From: Candidatus Obscuribacteraceae bacterium
Lineage (GTDB): Bacteria; Cyanobacteriota; Vampirovibrionia; Obscuribacterales; Obscuribacteraceae
Length of the DNA: 64,000 bases
Assembly: GCA_044226015.1 (NCBI GenBank)
Contig: JBGAHS010000009.1
Coordinates: 192,001 to 256,000 of the forward strand
Direction: 5' to 3'
Shown here: in pieces, positions 58,501 to 64,000 of the stretch
Position numbering within the stretch: position 1 is the stretch's first letter
Layout of the letters: each line of letters begins with the position of its first letter
Notes under the pieces: model-generated
What the model saw: the letters and a program-made list of their open reading frames with translations, nothing else
Told to the model about the DNA's origin: nothing
Databases searched by the model: none
Program-made: the position numbers and the translations under genes

Positions 58501-59166
58501 CTCACTTCGCTCGGAAGGATCATGTTTAGTGCTATCTGAAGCTTTTACTTCTGGCTGTGAAGCGCTAGTCCCACTGTCAGATTCGCCTGATGGCTTAATT
58601 GCTTGCTTAGTTTTTTCACCTTGAAGGCTTTGCTCTTCAGCTGAAACAGTCTCGCCTGTAGTGCCTGACTCAGTAGGTCGCTTTGTGTGAGCGGGTTTAG
58701 CTCCTGGATTAGTCTCGGTCGGTGCAGATTGCGTTGCCGCTGTAGCCAGGTCCTCAGTGCCATTAGTTCCTACGGCACTCGAGTCAGCTGATGGAGAAGC
58801 TGGCGTAGGTTTTGAGCCTGACTTGGTGTTGCTGCCTTCCTGCCTCTCATTGTTTCCCCCGGCAGATCCACTTGCCGGCTGATTTCCTCTAGCGTCTCGG
58901 TTGCTTGAATCTCCTTCCGTAATCAGAACTTCCGGAAGTACTTGTTTTTGCACAGCGTTGTTACCGTACGCTGTCATGTCCTTTACTATTTGCGGACTAT
59001 CAGGTCCCAAATCGGACATTCTCTCGCGTGCCTGCTCGTTCTGGGCTTCCCGTGAATCGGGTTGCTCTTCGTGGTCGGTAGAATCGCGACCATCAACATA
59101 CGGAGTTTCCGCAGTTTCTTTTCTTGAAGTCTCAATCGGTGGGCTCATGGTTAGAATCAGCCCCAT
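55567..59166 (-). CDS. Very large low-complexity protein with C-terminal LysM and unknown globular domain
   Basis: About 850 aa of charged/Pro/Ser-rich sequence, an acidic run, then YVVKEGDTLQSIA...LGDSRF..I...N...LKVGQIIWLP. Confidence 0.8.
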   Translation of the reverse strand: MGLILTMSPPIETSRKETAETPYVDGRDSTDHEEQPDSREAQNEQARERMSDLGPDSPQIVKDMTAYGNNAVQKQVLPEVLITEGDSSNRDARGNQPASGSAGGNNERQEGSNTKSGSKPTPASPSADSSAVGTNGTEDLATAATQSAPTETNPGAKPAHTKRPTESGTTGETVSAEEQSLQGEKTKQAIKPSGESDSGTSASQPEVKASDSTKHDPSERSESLLPHAAKRAPEAEGEKHINQQAQNHEQPSGTQADAVLPPAVPKVEKENKPRNEDSESSTAPPLSQLINQPQHKDAPKDVIPDASPAKGEATETIPGIKKLLNSEKGGMQDLVASDQKIVPSNSDIHADSKQPNVVKALPDKAIEPSVPRINSQGSGSPEPQPNRKDSDIGGQQTKERVPSPGDTIGSGILHGLANTTKPLAEAVPAESKSHPGGDPAADPKGKEIGILPAPEKGKGPEDRTLLSTLLDNSQNPQNPKDSGKVADVVSALNKDQSSRLDNRISDTVKSPEPRNTEKLTAEPKDLGAKAIETRLSETRPQEFKTEVNTQEFKKDIRPLESKAEPVSENKKKDEDKSLEHERLLQQLFANSVPAAPKIEKDDTPQVVSKAITPSNEKYEMAAADKEHKNPIAQLINKIESVVENKLSNIVASVGDKANNSSEIRTVSAAQTSLSKTELPLFQNPIMRINEIASELKRASLGDAARNINVDAGNKSSKLNSGEAISLKDLIAASRQLDPTSIKGTPIDVKGILPLDGKTAIDSGKIVDLGTGKTKGDASKVDESTLIGNKAGKIDPSTGIKTGANEELDNKDDKKGGLKGSDAQPDGRKVQDLTDKNDADSLDDEQEDDSDDEDKKDILEQNSDHDDEILNLILAGKKKTDVDLDENQDSEDKSSNENESRKKYVVKEGDTLQSIAKSILGDSRFDQLIEMVNRGQLKYQSRNGQRELVLKVGQIIWLPTSKEMKVFAGLYFGKGSNNKVLVAKRGDKNNVWQEADELIQTISRTIEEVVSKNQSTESSKETAIDFTPLERRKKKSRPTFSPNEQYSTGEWKEIEQFLNKLKDIAEHNNKNDSKIYFQSKDVELPLVAEDNLDIKILSTDTRIVIEYTCDRDDEEVFHARLERQYNAEWQTIAYYQSSASKAFRYLHKQNGGRKTFQLHIPNSIVREMAVKDLSRNWRSYVAEFESADLRNVVHTVPVIK

Positions 59167-59418
59167 GCTGTTGGACTCAGTGAAGGTCCTCGCAGAAGGC
59201 TACTGGTAAAAATGGGTGGCTGGTTGATTGGGCTGGCGGGGAGAAAGTTCGCTATCTTTGAGCAATCAATATTCCAGTTTGGACAGAAACTAGATTATTT
59301 TTTTCAGGATCGCTAAACTGATTTTGCACACTTCCTCTCTATCAATATGCGATAAAAAAGGAACATGCAATAGGTTCATCAGTGCAGAGAATCTGCGTAA
59401 TTACGCAAAAGGAATTTA

Positions 59419-59961
59419 ATGTTCAAAGGCAGCTTTGTTTTGCTTGCAATTCTTCTGGCAGTTTGTGCTACATCCGCAGAATCCAAGTCGGATGGGACAT
59501 TTCCAGGAAAAGGTAGTTATACAGCCTGGGTAAATGCTAACCATTTCCTGACTTTTGGTAATCAATATGCGGAAAAAGGTGAGCTGGACAAGGCATTAGA
59601 GTGCTACAAAAAAGCTGTTCATACCTACGAGTTCGACAGTGCCTACTATTTCAACATGGCCAATGCCTTCGCGATGAAAGGGCAGTATTCAATTGCCGAA
59701 GAGTCCTATCGCAGAGCTATCGATTTAGAATCAGACTATTTTCAAGCCTGGCTTAATCTCGGACATTCAATAGCCAGGCAAGGTCGCCCTCATGATGCTG
59801 CTGTGGCATTGAAGCATGCCGCACAGCTGGCTCAAAATCCTATTGAGAAGGAAGCCATCGAAAAACAAGTTTTGCAGTTCGAACAACTGCCTCAAATGGA
59901 GAGTCCAGCAACTCCTAAAAAGGAAAAGCAGAAGAAAAAGAAAAAAGCTAAGAATGACTAA
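59419..59961 (+). CDS. Exported TPR protein
   Basis: Signal peptide; TPRs GNQYAEKGELDKALECYKKAV, AWLNLGHSIARQG; Lys-rich tail; AAGGA RBS. Confidence 0.85.
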   Translation: MFKGSFVLLAILLAVCATSAESKSDGTFPGKGSYTAWVNANHFLTFGNQYAEKGELDKALECYKKAVHTYEFDSAYYFNMANAFAMKGQYSIAEESYRRAIDLESDYFQAWLNLGHSIARQGRPHDAAVALKHAAQLAQNPIEKEAIEKQVLQFEQLPQMESPATPKKEKQKKKKKAKND

Positions 59962-61919
59962 TTGCTCGCCAGAATCTTCAGCGCTTGTTGAAACAGCTCG
60001 GCGGACGAGCCTTCTGTCTTCAGGAGCTTCTCGTAGTAGTCTTTTAACTTGCTTCTTGTTTGTGGAAATTTCTTCAATTCTTCCAGCGGAGCTATTAAAG
60101 TTCTGTCGAGATTGTCTTTGTTTTTCCAGATGCGTAAGGCGTCAGTGTCTGCCCCGCTTTTAGCAGCACAGATTGCTAAATGACTGAGCCAGTATGGTTG
60201 CTCTGATGCTTGAAGTTGTTTCTTTGCTTCCGGGTAGATCGCCTCAGCTTCTTGCCACTTATTGAGAGCGAGGTAGGCTTCAAACAAGGTAAAATTTGCT
60301 CTGATTTTGCTATCGCTATCGTTCAAATTCTTGCGAGCAAAATCTAAAAGAGGCACGGCACGCTGGTTTGCATTCGAACGCGTCATCACCCACGCTAAAA
60401 CATTGCATCGGCTGGGCTCATTTTTGGCGATTTTTTCAAGTTCAGTCCAGAATTTTGAGCGCTCTGTATTTGGACAATTCTCTGCCATTCGAAGCAATAT
60501 GTGTTCTTGCCTGTATTCCCAGTGCTTACTTTCTTTGAGATAAGTCCAGAGTCTCGTTTGATTACTACTCAGCCAAGACGTATCGAGCTGAAATACCTGC
60601 TCAACCACACGCGCTCTGTATGTTAGAGAATTGGATTTGTCAAAATCTTGCCAGAGAAACTGTTGGGATTTGCCAGGCTCAGAGTTTTCGAAATAGAAGC
60701 GAGAAAGCAAATTCACAACCTGCGATCGATTAAAAATCTCTGTTTGAGCTGACCCGCTAGTTGGCACTCGTGTTAGAGCTAAAGCCTTGTTTAGTGCGTC
60801 AAGTTCGGGTGCCTTTTCTTTTCTTCCTTTGTAATACGCCGCACGACCGATCCAATATTGAGTGTCGTTCTTGTTAACTTGTTCGGACTGTTGAATTCGT
60901 CTTTCTAGTGGTCTTTGGATGGTGCTTTGTTGAACCGAACCCGCAAACTGTGTAAGTGCAAAAACAGGTAGTTGACCTGGTGTTTGCTTATCTAGTTCAA
61001 CGAGCAGTTGCTGCGCTTTCTCTGAGGCGCCCATTCTTTTGTAACATAGTGCCAGAGCTTGTTTCGCTGCAATTCGAAGTGTACTCTCCCACGAGGTGTT
61101 CTTTTCTATGAACCTTGCAGAGTGTTTTCGCATAAACTCGTCCATCGACTCTTGGTCAGCTTCGGTCCACGGTAATGAGATTGCTTTTTGAAAAAACTCT
61201 GCTGCACAATGTTCGTGATTGGTGCTGACTGCTTCGCCAGCCCTCCAAGTTTCGTAAGCTGATTTTGGCTTGTAGCAAGTATTTATCCAGCTTAAGTCGC
61301 TAGTTTCGTTGAGCCCGTCGTAAGCCAAAATATAGGCACGTAAGGATTCAACTGAAGGGTGCGATTTAAGTTCTTGTGAGAGTTCTGCGCACAAACTCGA
61401 CTTCTTGGAAGCTTTCTGTGCCGCTTGAACACGAAGGCTTATGGAGTTTTGCAAATCAGCTCGGGGGAATTTTTTGAGCCAGTCATCAACATCTTTAAAC
61501 GTTTTTTCCTCAAGCAAATGCTGCACCAGAATGTACCCGTAGCCTGGCGTGGCTTCTGGAAAAGATTCCATTATCAACTGCGCATTTTCCCAGGAATTGC
61601 TTTTGATCAAAAAATCGCATAAGTCGGAGAGTTTAGGTGAACTATCTTTAGAGCTGTGCTTTTGCAAAGACAAGATCGCTTGCTTCGCCAGCTCTTTGTT
61701 TCCCGCTCGTGTCGCAAGAGCTACAGATTTAATACAATCGTCCTCTGACTTCAAATTCGATGGGGCATCGTACAGTTTGAGTGTTTTTGACAACCCTTGC
61801 GATTCGATTTGATTGCAAAGATCTTTTTCAATCTCGTACCAGGTCGATGCCATAGCTGTTGAAGTGGAAAGAATTAGGGAGCTAAGCGCGGAAAACGCGA
61901 CTTTCTTGTGCGATGTCAT
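59958..61919 (-). CDS. Exported all-helical (TPR-like) hypothetical protein
   Basis: Signal peptide ending AMA; helical repeats (ALALCYKRMGASEKAQQLL). Confidence 0.7.
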   Translation of the reverse strand: MTSHKKVAFSALSSLILSTSTAMASTWYEIEKDLCNQIESQGLSKTLKLYDAPSNLKSEDDCIKSVALATRAGNKELAKQAILSLQKHSSKDSSPKLSDLCDFLIKSNSWENAQLIMESFPEATPGYGYILVQHLLEEKTFKDVDDWLKKFPRADLQNSISLRVQAAQKASKKSSLCAELSQELKSHPSVESLRAYILAYDGLNETSDLSWINTCYKPKSAYETWRAGEAVSTNHEHCAAEFFQKAISLPWTEADQESMDEFMRKHSARFIEKNTSWESTLRIAAKQALALCYKRMGASEKAQQLLVELDKQTPGQLPVFALTQFAGSVQQSTIQRPLERRIQQSEQVNKNDTQYWIGRAAYYKGRKEKAPELDALNKALALTRVPTSGSAQTEIFNRSQVVNLLSRFYFENSEPGKSQQFLWQDFDKSNSLTYRARVVEQVFQLDTSWLSSNQTRLWTYLKESKHWEYRQEHILLRMAENCPNTERSKFWTELEKIAKNEPSRCNVLAWVMTRSNANQRAVPLLDFARKNLNDSDSKIRANFTLFEAYLALNKWQEAEAIYPEAKKQLQASEQPYWLSHLAICAAKSGADTDALRIWKNKDNLDRTLIAPLEELKKFPQTRSKLKDYYEKLLKTEGSSAELFQQALKILASN

Positions 61920-62059
61920 AGAGCCGGTGCACTCCGAAAATTGCTTACTGTCAGCTTATCACAGCTGTTGGTCCTTCGCTCGGGAACTTACGAGCATAAA
62001 ACATTGTCACTTGTGACTTGAGTAGCTAGACTTAGCTGGTTCTTGATTGGAGAAATCGC

Positions 62060-63604
62060 GTGAAAAATATTGATAGAAAGAGAACTATTGGTTTACTGGC
62101 ACTTGCTTTTGCAAACTCATTTTTGCTCAGCGCCAGTGCGTTTGCTGATGACGTGAAAGACTATGGATTTCCACGCGCATGGAAAATGAATTTCAAGAAA
62201 ACCAATGCAGATGCGGTAGATGGCAACATTGTGTTTTCCACCGCAGGACAAGCGGTTTCGGGCAACCTCGTTTTGACTAATGGCGTCAAGGCACGGGCGA
62301 TAGGTACATTCAAGCAAGACAAACTAAATTACACTCTAGAACATCCTGACGGCAAGCTTGTTTTTGTGGGCGATTATAGGAATGACAAAGACCAGATTGA
62401 CGGAACCATCAAAAAAGATGGAAAAGACTACGGACAATTCAGCATGGTTCCAGTCAAGCCACCAGGTGGGGATGCTAAGTTTCCCTGGGAATGGCATCTC
62501 AGAATGGAAATCGGAGATGGCAGCACGTTGAAAAATAGTTCCTACGCTCTTTACCTGGTTAAGGAAGACGAGAATGTTCGCGGATTTGGCAGAGCCATTT
62601 ACGAAAAGAAAGGGCAGGCTCCTATTAATTTACGTGGACGTTTTGAGGGAGCCGTTAACGGTAATGTCGCGAATCTAGCCCTGGTAGACGGTGTCATGGG
62701 CACAGTCAGATTGGTGGGCAATTGGAATCCGGTCCTCAAAGAGTACCAGGGTAAGGTCTATGGCTACAAGGAAAATGCAAAGTTCGCTCTTGGAACTCAG
62801 TTGAGCAACGCAGCAATTCTGCCGACACCTGCCAAAGCAAACACTGGTTCTTCTGCAGGAAGCACAGGTGGACAGAGCACAACGAGTTCAGCTGCAAGCA
62901 GCTCAGCCACCAAAGGTGGTGCTGCTAGCAATCCATCGGGTACATCGGCTAGCAAGCCCGGCTCTGGTACTGCTGGCGGTGCCGCGGCAAGTCAAGATGC
63001 TTCTAGCGGACAAGGAGCAAGTGGACAGAGTCAAGTCTCAACTGGGTCAGGTTCATCCGCTTCTAAGCCGGGTGCTGCTTCCAATGGTTCGGGCACTTTG
63101 CCTGCGGCAGTGCCACCATCGACAAGTTCAACTTCTACACCTGTGAAGCCTCAAGAACAGGCGCCGCCAGCTGTGCAGGCGTACACGCTAAGCTATGCTC
63201 CTGCTGTTCAGATCAGGGGAAATGACTTGAACCCTTCGCTTACGTTGAAACGAAACGGAAGTGTATTTGAAGGTTCTGTTGATTATAAGAGTGCCTTCCA
63301 GCGCAACGATGCGACTGCAAGCGGCGAGGGAAATTCGTCCGGACGTGGCGGTGGATTCGGAGGCGCTGGTGGTCCAGGTGGTTCAGGCGCTGGTGCTCCG
63401 GGACGGGGAGGATCTTTCGGTGGATCAAATCGAGTCATGGAAAGTGCTGTGAATGGCTCTTGGGACGGCAAGACTGTGACATTGAATTTTCAGAATTACA
63501 ATGGTGAACAGGTCGTTCTGAAAGGAACATATGATGCCGCCAGCGGTATCATCAAAGGCGAGGCTTCAAATAGTGCCACTTTTGTTCTTAAGCCTGCCAA
63601 GTAA
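62060..63604 (+). CDS. Exported protein with three beta-rich repeats and Ser/Gly linkers
   Basis: Signal peptide ending AFA; GTG start with GGAG RBS; own downstream hairpin. Confidence 0.75.
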   Translation: MKNIDRKRTIGLLALAFANSFLLSASAFADDVKDYGFPRAWKMNFKKTNADAVDGNIVFSTAGQAVSGNLVLTNGVKARAIGTFKQDKLNYTLEHPDGKLVFVGDYRNDKDQIDGTIKKDGKDYGQFSMVPVKPPGGDAKFPWEWHLRMEIGDGSTLKNSSYALYLVKEDENVRGFGRAIYEKKGQAPINLRGRFEGAVNGNVANLALVDGVMGTVRLVGNWNPVLKEYQGKVYGYKENAKFALGTQLSNAAILPTPAKANTGSSAGSTGGQSTTSSAASSSATKGGAASNPSGTSASKPGSGTAGGAAASQDASSGQGASGQSQVSTGSGSSASKPGAASNGSGTLPAAVPPSTSSTSTPVKPQEQAPPAVQAYTLSYAPAVQIRGNDLNPSLTLKRNGSVFEGSVDYKSAFQRNDATASGEGNSSGRGGGFGGAGGPGGSGAGAPGRGGSFGGSNRVMESAVNGSWDGKTVTLNFQNYNGEQVVLKGTYDAASGIIKGEASNSATFVLKPAK

Positions 63605-63630
63605 GATTCAATCAAATCTGCGCATTCTGT

Positions 63631-63665
63631 AAGATAGGAAGGAGGCTATCGCTCCTTCCTATCTT
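63631..63665 (+). terminator. Terminator hairpin after the 62060 gene
   Basis: AAGATAGGAAGGAG/CTCCTTCCTATCTT 14-bp stem followed by TGTGTT. Confidence 0.7.
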
Positions 63666-63695
63666 TGTGTTCAATTCTCTGTTTTGCAAACAAAC

Positions 63696-63721
63696 AAAAA
63701 GAGGGACTTGCGTCCCTCTTT
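63696..63721 (-). terminator. Intrinsic terminator of tuf
   Basis: GAGGGAC-GCAA-GTCCCTC then TTTTTGTTTG on the minus strand. Confidence 0.8.
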
Positions 63722-63742
63722 CCGATTTTTAGTTTCAGTCGA

Positions 63743-64000
63743 TTACTCGATGATTGATGCAACTACGCCAGCGCCGACGGTACGACCGCCTTCACGGATA
63801 GCGAATCTCATTCCTTCTTCAACTGCGACAGGCATGATCAGTTCAACTTCCATGCTGACGTTGTCGCCAGGCATAACCATTTCAACACCTGCTGGCAGGG
63901 TGATGGAGCCGGTCACGTCAGTTGTACGGATGTAGAACTGTGGTCTGTAACCTGGGAAGAATGGGGTGTGACGACCACCTTCTTCTTTGGACAGAACGTA
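63743..64000 (-). CDS. tuf: Elongation factor Tu, 3' end (runs off the window)
   Basis: Manual translation [31 protein letters not shown]...MVMPGDNV...[25 protein letters not shown]. Confidence 0.98.
   Translation of the reverse strand, partial: YVLSKEEGGRHTPFFPGYRPQFYIRTTDVTGSITLPAGVEMVMPGDNVSMEVELIMPVAVEEGMRFAIREGGRTVGAGVVASIIE

Noticed and set aside
63684..63935. 83-aa plus-strand ORF at the window end
   Set aside because: Antisense shadow of tuf.
1..64000. CRISPR array, IS/transposase, integrase or prophage
   Set aside because: No regularly spaced direct repeats and no recognisable mobile-element or phage proteins seen.

Overview
Gene-dense chromosomal window with no CRISPR array, integrase, transposase or phage genes recognised. 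It starts with the end of the ribosomal spc/alpha cluster (rpmJ-rpsM-rpsK-rpsD-rpoA-rplQ-truA-rplM-rpsI) and ends in the 3' part of tuf on the opposite strand. The cyanobacteria-like rplQ-truA-rplM-rpsI order, with a zinc-type rpsD kept inside the alpha operon and no photosynthesis genes, suggests a non-photosynthetic cyanobacterial relative (Melainabacteria/Obscuribacterales-like); this is inference. Between these anchors lie tRNA-His, feoB, ppk2, pit-usp, mscS, a DinG/YoaA helicase, an M16 peptidase, a GT9, and several TPR, LysM and exported hypothetical proteins. Best leads: (1) a translationally coupled envelope operon encoding an exported AMMECR1 protein, a thioester-bearing alpha-2-macroglobulin with almost no bait region, and VanW, with a divergent Tat-like stand-alone transpeptidase; (2) a single-chain double histidine kinase whose halves look complementary (ATPase without His, His with an eroded ATPase); (3) a tandem TetR whose candidate TAGAC-N6-GTCTA operator also precedes the neighbouring gene for a membrane-module/divergent-HD protein; (4) an SPFH/NAD-kinase-like pair with an NrtR-type box; (5) structured spacers in the alpha operon. 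All assignments come from reading motifs by eye; no database searches were run.
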